Source of the DNA: an uncultured Aquimarina sp.
Lineage (GTDB): Bacteria > Bacteroidota > Bacteroidia > Flavobacteriales > Flavobacteriaceae
NCBI GenBank assembly: GCA_947503135.1
Contig: CANNCQ010000002.1
Coordinates: forward strand, 8,643 to 72,642
Length of the DNA: 64,000 nucleotides
Direction of reading: 5' to 3'
Part shown: positions 21,249-30,334 of the stretch, in pieces
How the letters are laid out: every line of letters begins with the position of its first letter
Numbering within the stretch: the first letter of the stretch is position 1
Notes under the pieces: generated by a model
Told to the model about the DNA's origin: nothing
The model's database searches: none
Seen by the model: the letters and a program-made list of their open reading frames with translations, nothing else
Translations under genes and position numbers: made by a program

Positions 21249-23009
21249 TTGAAGTCATTAAAACATATTAATACCTATTTTTCTAAGTATAAAATTCGTT
21301 TAATTTTAGGGTTGTTTATAGCCATTGGATCTCGAATTTTTGCGGTTGCCGTACCTAAGTTAGTTGGCGATTCGGTTTCCGTTGTAGAACAGTATCAAAA
21401 AGGTTTAGTTACAGATTTTGATGAAGTAAAGTACCAATTAATTTTAAATATAGCTTTAATAATTGGAGTAGCTTTAGCTGCTGGTTTTTTGATGTTTTTA
21501 ATGCGTCAAACTTTTATAGTGGTTTCTAGGTTTATTGAATTTGATCTTAAAAATGAAATTTACAACCACTATCAAAAACTTTCATTAAGTTTTTACAAAT
21601 CTAACCGTACAGGCGATTTAATGAGCCGTATTAGCGAAGATGTAATGAAAGTGCGAATGTACGCTGGCCCTGCTTTAATGTATAGCGTAAATACAATTAC
21701 ATTATTTGTAATATGCTTATTTTATATGTCGAGTGTAGCTCCTAAATTAACCTTATATACAGTAGCACCATTACCTTTTTTAAGTATTGCTATTTACTTT
21801 TTAAGTGTCGCTATAAATAAACGCACAACAGTAGTACAAGAGTATCTGTCAAAACTCACATCAGTTACTCAAGAAGCATTTAGTGGGATATCTGTAGTAA
21901 AGGCTTATAGTATTCAAAAAAGCACACAACAAAACTTCGATAAAATTGCAGCAGCGCACAAACAAAAGAGTATTCATTTAGCGAGTGTTCAGGCATTATT
22001 TTTTCCTTTAATGGTTTTGTTGATTGGAGCTAGTAACATTATTGTAATTTATGTGGGAGGACAACAATACATAGATGGAGAAATAAAAGACTTTGGTATT
22101 TTAGTACAGTTTATTATTTACGTGAATATGTTAACATGGCCCGTTGCCACTGTAGGATGGGTTTCTTCTATAGTACAACAAGCGGAAGCCTCTCAAAAAA
22201 GAATTAATGAATTTTTGGAAACCACACCAGAAATCACAGATTCAGTTACTGCTGAAAGCTTTAAATTGAATAATAGTATAAGATTCGATAATGTAAGTTT
22301 TACCTATCCCGATACAGGTATAGAAGCTTTAAAAAATGTGTCATTTACTTTACAAAAAGGTAAAACACTTGGTATTGTAGGAAATACCGGTTCTGGTAAG
22401 TCTACTTTGTTGGAGTTATTAGCACGTTTGTATGATCCTACAAGTGGTGTTATATATATAGATGATGTTCCTTTAAAAAATATAAGTTTAGAAACGTTAA
22501 GATCAAAAATTGGTTTTGTACCCCAAGATGCTTTTTTGTTTAGTGATACCATAGCTAATAATTTGCGTTTTGGAAAAGAAAATGCTACAGATGAAGAATT
22601 AATAGAAGCTACCGAATTAGCCTCGGTACATCACAATATTATTAATTTTAAAAACGGTTATAATACCCTTTTAGGAGAAAGAGGGGTAACTTTATCAGGG
22701 GGGCAAAAACAACGTGTTTCCATAGCGCGTACGGTGATAAAAAAGCCTGAAATATTATTATTGGATGATTGTTTATCTGCAGTTGACACAGAAACTGAAG
22801 AGCAAATTGTAGCAAATATTAATAATTTGGCTGAAGAAAAAACAGCGCTTATTGTGAGCCATCGAATTTCTTCGGTTCAAAATGCAAATTTAATATTGGT
22901 TTTAGAAGAAGGAAAACTTATACAAAAGGGAACTGATGTAGCACTTAAAGCTGTTGATGGATATTATCAAAAACTGTATGATAAACAGTTAAAACAAAAA
23001 GATTTTTAA
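21249..23009 (+). CDS. ABC transporter, fused permease/ATPase (MsbA-type exporter)
   Basis: Six-TM domain followed by Walker A 'GNTGSGKST', signature 'LSGGQKQR' and Walker B 'ILLLDD'. A TTG start at 21249 gives the family-typical N-terminus 'MKSLKHINTYFSKYKIRL'. The ORF-track start at 21219 adds 10 unlikely codons. Confidence 0.85.
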   Translation: MKSLKHINTYFSKYKIRLILGLFIAIGSRIFAVAVPKLVGDSVSVVEQYQKGLVTDFDEVKYQLILNIALIIGVALAAGFLMFLMRQTFIVVSRFIEFDLKNEIYNHYQKLSLSFYKSNRTGDLMSRISEDVMKVRMYAGPALMYSVNTITLFVICLFYMSSVAPKLTLYTVAPLPFLSIAIYFLSVAINKRTTVVQEYLSKLTSVTQEAFSGISVVKAYSIQKSTQQNFDKIAAAHKQKSIHLASVQALFFPLMVLLIGASNIIVIYVGGQQYIDGEIKDFGILVQFIIYVNMLTWPVATVGWVSSIVQQAEASQKRINEFLETTPEITDSVTAESFKLNNSIRFDNVSFTYPDTGIEALKNVSFTLQKGKTLGIVGNTGSGKSTLLELLARLYDPTSGVIYIDDVPLKNISLETLRSKIGFVPQDAFLFSDTIANNLRFGKENATDEELIEATELASVHHNIINFKNGYNTLLGERGVTLSGGQKQRVSIARTVIKKPEILLLDDCLSAVDTETEEQIVANINNLAEEKTALIVSHRISSVQNANLILVLEEGKLIQKGTDVALKAVDGYYQKLYDKQLKQKDF

Positions 23010-23076
23010 TTTTTTTTGTGTGCGTTAATTTTTTTTTCCATTTTTGGATTAGATAACCAAAGAAATAATAAATATT

Positions 23077-23469
23077 ATGGGTGATTATGGAACATTAGAA
23101 AAAGAAGAAATTTTTTCTAAAGTTTTGAGAGCAGGGAGAAGAACTTATTTCTTCGATGTTAGAGCTACAAAAGCGGGAGATTACTATATAACCATAACAG
23201 AGAGTAAAAAATTTACTAATGATGACGGTTCATTTCATTATAAAAAACATAAAATTTACTTATACAAAGAAGATTTTACTGGTTTTACTGAAATATTAAA
23301 TGAAATGACGAATTATGTAATTAACGAAAAAGGTCAAGAGGTTATTAGCGAACGTCACCAAAAGGATTATCAAAAGCCATATGAAAATTCATCTGAGGAT
23401 TCTAAAGAAAAAATAAAATCCACTGAAAGTACACTAGGATTTACTGATGTAAACTTTGAAGATATATAA
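23077..23469 (+). CDS. DUF3276 / PUR-alpha-like nucleic-acid-binding protein
   Basis: 'SKVLRAGRRTYFFDVRATKAGDYYITITESKK' is the hallmark PUR-repeat-like segment of Bacteroidota DUF3276. Acidic/Ser-rich tail. Confidence 0.75.
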   Translation: MGDYGTLEKEEIFSKVLRAGRRTYFFDVRATKAGDYYITITESKKFTNDDGSFHYKKHKIYLYKEDFTGFTEILNEMTNYVINEKGQEVISERHQKDYQKPYENSSEDSKEKIKSTESTLGFTDVNFEDI

Positions 23470-23535
23470 TAATAATACCGAGTGTTTTCGGAGAATAAAC
23501 TATTCTGAAACAAACAACTATACTGACTAAACTAG

Positions 23536-23567
23536 AAAAAGGCTACTCGTAATGAGTAGCCTTTTTT
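23536..23567 (+). terminator. Intrinsic terminator downstream of the DUF3276 gene
   Basis: ggctactc - gtaat - gagtagcc, followed by T6. Confidence 0.8.
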
Positions 23568-23672
23568 GTATATTAAATTGTAGTCAAAAAAAGTCTATTG
23601 CATAGATATTAATAGCGTTGATTACACTAAAAAGTTATTGTGGGGCCATCGCGAGACGTAATATAAATACAT

Positions 23673-23707
23673 AAAAAAAGCCTTGAAATTAAATTCAAGG
23701 CTTTTTT
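23673..23707. terminator. Bidirectional intrinsic terminator (serves the SRPBCC/pyrE transcript on the - strand)
   Basis: A7 - gccttgaa - attaaa - ttcaaggc - T6. Confidence 0.75.
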
Positions 23708-23725
23708 ATATATATGTCTGTTATG

Positions 23726-24115
23726 CTATAATTTACTTAAGTTTTCAGCTAAAGCGTTAATGAAATTTTGAATCGGTTTTTTAATCATCATAGCCATCAT
23801 AGGGTTAAAATCCCCATCAAAAACTAATTGAGTTTCTGTTTTTCCGTCTTTTTCAGAAATATTTGCAGTAAGCGTAAATGGAAGTTTGTCACTTGCAGCT
23901 CCTAAAACAACTTTAGAAGGAGCAATTTCTTCTTTTTGTTTTAAGATCAATTCAGGCATACCTTTTAATTGGAACAAAAATTTATCAGCAGCTAAAGTTT
24001 CAAACTTTTGCTTGCTATCGGGCATTATATGCTCAAAATTATCCACTTTGGTTAAGAAATCGAATACTTCTTGCGGAGACTTCGATATGGCTACTTTAGG
24101 GCTTTCTAAATTCAT
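23726..24115 (-). CDS. SRPBCC (CoxG/START-like) family protein
   Basis: 129-aa protein starting 'MNLESPKVAISKSPQEVFDFL'. START-like pattern. The upstream 37 codons of the ORF-track call look non-coding. Confidence 0.6.
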   Translation of the reverse strand: MNLESPKVAISKSPQEVFDFLTKVDNFEHIMPDSKQKFETLAADKFLFQLKGMPELILKQKEEIAPSKVVLGAASDKLPFTLTANISEKDGKTETQLVFDGDFNPMMAMMIKKPIQNFINALAENLSKL

Positions 24116-24192
24116 TATTTTATTTTTTATAAATAAACAAAAAAAAAGGCAATTTGTTATGCGTGCATTGCTTTTTTTGGTGGATAAATAAA

Positions 24193-24834
24193 TTAAATGC
24201 TCCATTTTGAAGGATCGGTCCTCCAAGATTGTAAGGTAGCTGTTTGATTTGCAGTAATGTATTCTTTTTCTTGAGCTAACTCAATTAAATTTTCATAATT
24301 GCTAAGTGTGGTAAGCTTTATAGCTGCGTTATTAAAGTTATCATCGGCTGTTTTAAAACCATAACTAAATATAGCAACCATCCCTAAAAGGTCTGCATTC
24401 ACTTTTTTAAGAGCGTCTACAGCTAAAAGGCTACTTTTTCCTGTACTAATCAAGTCTTCTATAACAACTACTTTTTTCCCTTCGGGAACAATACCCTCTA
24501 TTTGATTTTGGCGCCCATGTTTTTTTGCTTCTGGACGTATATAAATGAATGGTAAATCCAAGGCATTTGCTACCAACATGCCAATACCAATAGCACCAGT
24601 GGCAACACCTGCAATTACTTCGACATCGCTGTATTCTTGTTTTATAAGAGTAGCAAATTTTTGAGTGATAGAGTTTCTTACTTCAGGATAAGACAAACAA
24701 ATACGATTGTCACAATAAATAGGAGACTTCCAACCGGATGCCCATGTAAATGGATCTTGTGGTTGTAATTTAATTGCGTTAATTTGCAGTAATTGCAACG
24801 CAGTTTCTTTAGCGGTTTCTGTATTAAAAATCAT
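24193..24834 (-). CDS. pyrE: Orotate phosphoribosyltransferase
   Basis: PRPP-binding motif 'VVVIEDLISTGKSS'. 'KSPIYCDNR'. ATG at 24834 (GTG at 24840 is possible). Confidence 0.9.
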   Translation of the reverse strand: MIFNTETAKETALQLLQINAIKLQPQDPFTWASGWKSPIYCDNRICLSYPEVRNSITQKFATLIKQEYSDVEVIAGVATGAIGIGMLVANALDLPFIYIRPEAKKHGRQNQIEGIVPEGKKVVVIEDLISTGKSSLLAVDALKKVNADLLGMVAIFSYGFKTADDNFNNAAIKLTTLSNYENLIELAQEKEYITANQTATLQSWRTDPSKWSI

Positions 24835-24842
24835 AAGCACAA

Positions 24843-25457
24843 ATGTATAAAGTTTTTGTAAATAATGCGTCGATTCATTTGTCTACGCAATCATTTATTT
24901 CAGATGAATTCATCTCAATACCTATTCGAAAGGCCAATATGACTGAAATAATAACTCAGTTGCAAAATAATCCTTCATTAAAATTTCATTTATATCATAA
25001 GAGAGAGCAAAAGTTAATTGCTATTTTACATAAAAAATTGCCTGTAATTGTTGCTGGTGGAGGTAAAGTTTATAATAAAGAAAATAAAATTCTTTTTATA
25101 AAAAGAAATGGTTATTGGGATTTGCCTAAAGGAAAAACTGAAAAAGGAGAATCTATAGAAGAAACTTCGGTTAGAGAAGTGGAAGAAGAAACAGGGGTAA
25201 CAGGTATTGAAATTACACGTTTTTTGATGAAAACTTACCATGTGTTTAAAAGACAGGGTAAATACAAATTAAAATTAACTTATTGGTTTGAAATGAAGAC
25301 CGAGTTTGAGGGGCAGTTATACCCACAAACAGAAGAAAGTATTACTAAGGTAAAATGGAAATCTTCAGTGAAAACAAAAAAAGCATTAAAAAACACCTAC
25401 GGAACGATAACTCAATTATTTTCTAGAGAGTATTTAGCGGAAGATAATAAGAGTTAG
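24843..25457 (+). CDS. NUDIX hydrolase with ~65-aa N-terminal extension
   Basis: Nudix box 'GKTEKGESIEETSVREVEEETGV'. Its ATG lies 8 nt from the divergent pyrE ATG. Confidence 0.8.
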   Translation: MYKVFVNNASIHLSTQSFISDEFISIPIRKANMTEIITQLQNNPSLKFHLYHKREQKLIAILHKKLPVIVAGGGKVYNKENKILFIKRNGYWDLPKGKTEKGESIEETSVREVEEETGVTGIEITRFLMKTYHVFKRQGKYKLKLTYWFEMKTEFEGQLYPQTEESITKVKWKSSVKTKKALKNTYGTITQLFSREYLAEDNKS

Positions 25458-25546
25458 CATTCTTTGGAGTAAAAATATAATCCATTTAAATAGCTTACTT
25501 TTGCATTTTCTAAAAATATGCTCTTAAGGGCTTAAAATTTTTCATA

Positions 25547-27160
25547 TTGAAACAGTATTTTAAAATTAATAATCCAGGAATTAAAAACGATATTACAGCA
25601 GGAATTACAACTTCCTTAGCAATGATTCCTGAAGTAGTTGCTTTTGCTTTTGTATTGGGTATTGATCCGCTAGTAGCACTTTCTGGGGCATTTATAGTAG
25701 GTTTAATAGCTGCAATATTTGGAGGTAGACCTGGGTTGATTTCAGGAGCAGCAGGTGCAGTAGCGGTGGTGCTGATAGATCTTTTGATAGAGGGTAATGC
25801 TAAGGGATTAGCATTTGAAACACCTGTAGACAATATGGGTTATTTTTATTTATTGGCAACCGTTGTTTTAATGGGGGCTATACAGGTATTAGCTGGTATT
25901 TTGAAATTAGGTAAATTCGTCCGCTTAATTCCTCACCCAGTAATGATGGGATTTGTTAACGGTTTGGCAATTGTTATTTTTATGGCACAACTTAAAATGT
26001 TTTTTCATAGGAATCCTACCGGAGACACATGGATGATGGCAGGGGCTGAACTTTATACAATGATTGGACTAGTAGTACTTACAATGGGTATTGTTTTTTT
26101 TCTTCCTAAATGGAAATTTACTGCAAAATTACCTGCTGCATTAACGGCTATTTTAGTGGTTACTTTGGTTAAAGTATTTGGCAATTTAAATGTGACTACA
26201 GTAGGGTCTTATATCAAAGAAGGCGGAGGAAAAGGACTTAAGGGGGAATTTCCAACTCCAAATTTAGAACTTTGGGAATACCTACCTTTTAGTGTAGATA
26301 CTTTTGCTTTTATACTTCCTTTTGCAGCTTTAGCAGCGGCAGTGGGGTTAATTGAAAGTTTAATGACATTAAACCTTGTAGATGAAATAACAGAAACTAG
26401 AGGAAACGGAAATAGAGAATGCATTGCACAAGGAGCGGCTAATATTGCTAGTGGTTTGTTAGGAGGTACTGCAGGTTGTGGTATGATAGGTCAAACTATG
26501 ATAAACATCAATTCTAAAGGTAGAGGTAGAGCGTCGGGAATTGTAATGGCTATTACACTTTTAATTTTTATTTTATTTGCCGATAAATATATTGAAATGG
26601 TGCCGATTGCAGCATTAGTAGGAGTAATGTTTATGATGGTAATTGAAACTTTTGCCTGGAGTAGTTTTAGAATTTTGAAACGTATACCGCGTTCAGATGC
26701 ATTTGTTTTAATAGCAGTGTCAGTAATTACAGTATTTGAAGACTTGGCTATTGCTGTAGTAGCGGGAGTTATAATATCGGCTCTTGTATTTGCTTGGGAA
26801 AGTTCTAAAAGAGTTCGAGTTAATAGAGGCTTAAAAGAAGATGGAACTAAAGTTTATGAAATATGGGGTTCAGTATTTTTTGGAAGTATTCAAAGTTTCA
26901 ATTCAAAATTTGATGTTAATAACGATCCAGAAAAAGTAGAAATTGACTTTATGGAAGCTAAAGTAGCGGATCATTCTGCATTAGAGGCGATTTTTGTATT
27001 AGTTGGTAAATACGAAAAATTAGGTAAAAAAGTTGTTTTGAAGCACCTTAGTACAGAGTGTAAAGATTTAATGCGTAAAGCTTCACCAAAATTCCATAAT
27101 TTAATAGAAGAAAGTGTTGAAGATCCTAGATATCATGTAATGGCAAAGGCTTTAAAGTAA
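25547..27160 (+). CDS. SulP family inorganic anion transporter with C-terminal STAS domain
   Basis: Multi-TM core ('AGITTSLAMIPEVVAFAFV', 'GLIESLMTLNLVD') plus a STAS-like C-terminus. Only a TTG start (25547) is available in frame. Confidence 0.85.
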   Translation: MKQYFKINNPGIKNDITAGITTSLAMIPEVVAFAFVLGIDPLVALSGAFIVGLIAAIFGGRPGLISGAAGAVAVVLIDLLIEGNAKGLAFETPVDNMGYFYLLATVVLMGAIQVLAGILKLGKFVRLIPHPVMMGFVNGLAIVIFMAQLKMFFHRNPTGDTWMMAGAELYTMIGLVVLTMGIVFFLPKWKFTAKLPAALTAILVVTLVKVFGNLNVTTVGSYIKEGGGKGLKGEFPTPNLELWEYLPFSVDTFAFILPFAALAAAVGLIESLMTLNLVDEITETRGNGNRECIAQGAANIASGLLGGTAGCGMIGQTMININSKGRGRASGIVMAITLLIFILFADKYIEMVPIAALVGVMFMMVIETFAWSSFRILKRIPRSDAFVLIAVSVITVFEDLAIAVVAGVIISALVFAWESSKRVRVNRGLKEDGTKVYEIWGSVFFGSIQSFNSKFDVNNDPEKVEIDFMEAKVADHSALEAIFVLVGKYEKLGKKVVLKHLSTECKDLMRKASPKFHNLIEESVEDPRYHVMAKALK

Positions 27161-27308
27161 TTTCTAGTTTATATAATTTGAGTAACAAAAAAAGACTTCC
27201 TAAGGGTCTTTTTTTGTTATTTGTTAAGAGAGGTCATTCAGGCAATAGTCTAACTTTGTAACATAGCTAATAGAAAAGTTCAAGATTATCGATTTTAAGG
27301 TTTTGGAT

Positions 27309-27341
27309 TTAGGATTAAAAAATGTAATTTTTTAATCCTAA
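27309..27341 (-). terminator. AT-rich perfect 15-bp hairpin downstream of the DUF3810 gene
   Basis: ttaggattaaaaaat - gta - attttttaatcctaa. No separate T-run, so terminator function is uncertain. Confidence 0.4.
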
Positions 27342-27369
27342 CATTGGTTTAAGTTCAGTTTAATTTACG

Positions 27370-28422
27370 TTAAATGAAGTAATTTACAAACAGTGCTACT
27401 ACATAATTATAACTTTTTATCCCTTTTGACTGATTGTTAACTTTTAAAAATTCCCCGTAAAAAAGCTTAAATAATGGTTCAAAAGGGTTATCATAAGCCT
27501 GCCAAAACTCTCGGCTTTCATCATAATTTTTTAAAATACCAGGGCACATTTTTTCTTTAATGCATATAAATTTTTGATAATCTCTAAGGTATAATTCATG
27601 TAAGCAATAACGCAAAGCAAAAGTATAACCCGAATATTTGAAATAAGGATCGGTGCTATTCATACATGCCATCACACCAATAAAATTAGCCTCATTTTCT
27701 TTAGCAAATCCTAATTGATGAGCTTCTTCGTGGCAGCTTGTAGTTGGCATTTTGTAAGGCACAATTAGTCGGTTTACCTGAGCTTCGTTGGTAAAGGGGT
27801 TTAAATAACCGCTAAAACCCATATAGGTTAATGGAACGCTCAGCATTGATTTTTTTATGCTTTTTGGAGTGTATTTTAATTTTGGAAATTTTTTATGCAA
27901 CTCATTATAAGCGTCTATAGTACGATCAAAAATTTGCTCTGTTGTGTAATTATATGTTACAGCTAAACTATCTACTGTTTCTATTTTTTGATGTAACTCG
28001 TTGGACTTTTTAAGCAATTTAAGCGTTACTTGTTCTAGTTGGTCTGTGTTGTACTTATCTTCAATTTGTAAAATTTTGTGTAATGGATTTCGGTAATAAT
28101 TCAATCCCCATAGTAAATGGAATGTAAAATAAATAGCAGACGTTAAAACTAAAGATTTTCGAACAACTTCTATAAATCCTACTTGTCGTTTTCTGATTTT
28201 TTTAAAAATAAAGGCTAAAATATTTATTGCGATGATTAGGTATAAAATATCACCAATAGAAAATGGGAATACGCCAAATATAGACCGTAATAACTTGCTT
28301 ATTTGTGGGTACAAACCCTGACTGTAATTTTCTTCAATCCAAACACTATGGTTGCTGGCCCATTTTATAAATAAAATTTGTACAGGAAGTATTATTGGAA
28401 GAATCCACTTTTTTAAATTCAT
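27370..28422 (-). CDS. DUF3810 membrane-anchored zinc-peptidase-like protein
   Basis: N-terminal TM helices and an HExxH motif 'CHEEAHQLGF'. Pattern resembles Bacteroidota DUF3810. Confidence 0.65.
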   Translation of the reverse strand: MNLKKWILPIILPVQILFIKWASNHSVWIEENYSQGLYPQISKLLRSIFGVFPFSIGDILYLIIAINILAFIFKKIRKRQVGFIEVVRKSLVLTSAIYFTFHLLWGLNYYRNPLHKILQIEDKYNTDQLEQVTLKLLKKSNELHQKIETVDSLAVTYNYTTEQIFDRTIDAYNELHKKFPKLKYTPKSIKKSMLSVPLTYMGFSGYLNPFTNEAQVNRLIVPYKMPTTSCHEEAHQLGFAKENEANFIGVMACMNSTDPYFKYSGYTFALRYCLHELYLRDYQKFICIKEKMCPGILKNYDESREFWQAYDNPFEPLFKLFYGEFLKVNNQSKGIKSYNYVVALFVNYFI

Positions 28423-28494
28423 ATCTTAAAAATAGTTATTTTTCGTTATTTGACATTTATGAATACTTATATTTGAGTAAAAGAAGCCATATTT

Positions 28495-29958
28495 ATGAAT
28501 ACAGATATACTACAATTAGAACCACAGTCTCTTTGGAAGCAATTTTCAGCACTTAATGCCGTTCCTCGTCCTTCTAAAAAAGAAGAACGCGTTATTACTT
28601 TTATGATTGATTTTGCAAAATCTTTAGGGTTACAATATAAACAAGATGCGGAAGGAAATGTAGTAATTATAAAGCCAGCTAGTAAAGGTTTTGAAAACAG
28701 AAAAACCGTAGTAATGCAATCGCATTTGGATATGGTGCATCAAAAAAACAACGATACTCAGTTCGATTTTAATACACAAGGTATTCAAATGAAGATTGTA
28801 GGGGATTGGGTAAAAGCAGAGGGAACTACTTTGGGTGCGGATAACGGTATTGGAGTAGCTACTATTATGGCGATTTTAGCTTCAAATACAATTAAACATC
28901 CTACTATTGAAGCATTATTTACTGTTGATGAAGAAACGGGAATGACAGGAGCTCAGAATTTAGGAAAAGATTTACTTACAGGTAAAATTTTATTGAATTT
29001 AGATACAGAAGAAGATGATGAAATTTGTATTGGATGTGCTGGTGGTGTAGATATTACTGCAAAACGTTCTTACAAGCAAGAAGTGGTTGATGAAACTAAA
29101 GTAGCTTACAAGATTTCAGTAAAAGGCTTGGAGGGCGGACATTCAGGAATTGAAATTCACAAAGGCTTAGGAAATGCAAACAAAATTATGAATAGGTTGT
29201 TGTTAGATGCCTATGAAAATTTTGGATTGAGAATCCATAGCTTGCAAGGTGGGAGTCTTCGAAATGCAATTCCAAGAGAAAGCGATGCGGTTGTGGTAGT
29301 TGATAAAGTGCATCAAGAGGCTTTTGAGATAGAAATGAAGTTACTTTCTGATTTGATAAAAGCGGAGCAGCAAAAAATGGATCCGAATTTAAAAATTGAT
29401 GTAGTAAAAACAGAAACGCCACAAAAAATAATGGATTTAGGTGTTCAAATAGGTATTTTAAAATCTATATATGCAGCTCATAACGGAGTGTTTCGTATGT
29501 CTCCAGAAATAAAAGATTTAGTCGAGGCTTCTAATAACATAGCTAAAGTTGTAATAAGTAATGGAACACTACAAATTGAATGTTTAACACGAAGTAGTGT
29601 AGAATCTTCAAGAGATGATGTTGCCAATGGTTTACGGGCAGCGTTTGAGCTTTCTGGTTGTGAGGTTACTTTTGGAGGAGAATACCCAGGGTGGCAACCT
29701 AAAAGAGATGCAGCAATTTTACAATTGGTAGATGATGCGTATTTTGAGTTACATAAAGAAAGAGCGCATGTAATGGCCTGCCATGCAGGTTTGGAATGTG
29801 GTATAATAGGAGAGCATTATCCTGAAATGGAAATGATATCATTTGGACCTACAATTCTTGGAGCTCATTCTCCTGACGAGCGTGTTTCAATAAGTTCAGT
29901 ACAAAAATACTGGAAATTGGTTTTAGCTGTTTTGGAAAATATTCCAGAAGAATCATAG
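28495..29958 (+). CDS. pepD: Aminoacyl-histidine dipeptidase (PepD, peptidase M20C)
   Basis: 'AVPRPSKKEERV', 'MQSHLDMV', 'GADNGIGVA', 'TVDEETGMTGA' and 'CHAGLECG' are characteristic PepD segments. Confidence 0.85.
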   Translation: MNTDILQLEPQSLWKQFSALNAVPRPSKKEERVITFMIDFAKSLGLQYKQDAEGNVVIIKPASKGFENRKTVVMQSHLDMVHQKNNDTQFDFNTQGIQMKIVGDWVKAEGTTLGADNGIGVATIMAILASNTIKHPTIEALFTVDEETGMTGAQNLGKDLLTGKILLNLDTEEDDEICIGCAGGVDITAKRSYKQEVVDETKVAYKISVKGLEGGHSGIEIHKGLGNANKIMNRLLLDAYENFGLRIHSLQGGSLRNAIPRESDAVVVVDKVHQEAFEIEMKLLSDLIKAEQQKMDPNLKIDVVKTETPQKIMDLGVQIGILKSIYAAHNGVFRMSPEIKDLVEASNNIAKVVISNGTLQIECLTRSSVESSRDDVANGLRAAFELSGCEVTFGGEYPGWQPKRDAAILQLVDDAYFELHKERAHVMACHAGLECGIIGEHYPEMEMISFGPTILGAHSPDERVSISSVQKYWKLVLAVLENIPEES

Positions 29959-29980
29959 TTTTTCGTCTTTAAATTTTCAA

Positions 29981-30022
29981 AAAAGCCCCTGTTTTAAAGC
30001 TGTAAAACAGGGGCTTTTTTTT
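29981..30022 (+). terminator. Strong intrinsic terminator after pepD
   Basis: Perfect 12-bp stem gcccctgtttta / taaaacaggggc, 6-nt loop, T8. Confidence 0.9.
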
Positions 30023-30161
30023 ACTTATTTACAAAGCGTTGATTACTGGTTTAATATAAATTTCTCAAGGTTTAGCAATATTTTGAAATCTTCTAAGTGT
30101 TTACAGGTAAATATTTTTAACGATCATTCAAAATGAAATTGAAGAATATTTTTAATTATTT

Positions 30162-30214
30162 AGTATTCAATACTTTATAATAAAACAGGCTTAGTATTGA
30201 TTTTTATGAATACT
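30162..30214. promoter_or_regulatory. Cluster of four AGTATT/AATACT half-sites upstream of glgA (candidate operator)
   Basis: AGTATT-C-AATACT at 30162-30174. AGTATT-N10-AATACT at 30193-30214. Both lie 120-170 nt upstream of the glgA ATG. Confidence 0.3.
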
Positions 30215-30334
30215 ATATCAATTTGTTTTGAGGATTCGATAAAACACATTTTTTTTGGTAAATACTTAAATATTTAATTAAAATAAACAGATAATTATAT
30301 TAGATTAGTCAATAGTTAAAAACAAATTTCATTA

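Noticed and set aside
23886-24226. 101-aa + strand ORF and the 37-codon N-terminal extension of the SRPBCC ORF
   Set aside because: The + ORF is antisense to the SRPBCC gene. The extension (MEDRSFKMEHLIYLSTKK...) covers the pyrE-SRPBCC spacer, and the protein-like sequence starts at Met38 (24115).
25510-25833. 107-aa - strand ORF overlapping the SulP 5' end
   Set aside because: It is antisense to the conserved TM region of SulP. The Ala/Pro/Thr-rich translation is typical of the reverse frame of hydrophobic-helix coding DNA.
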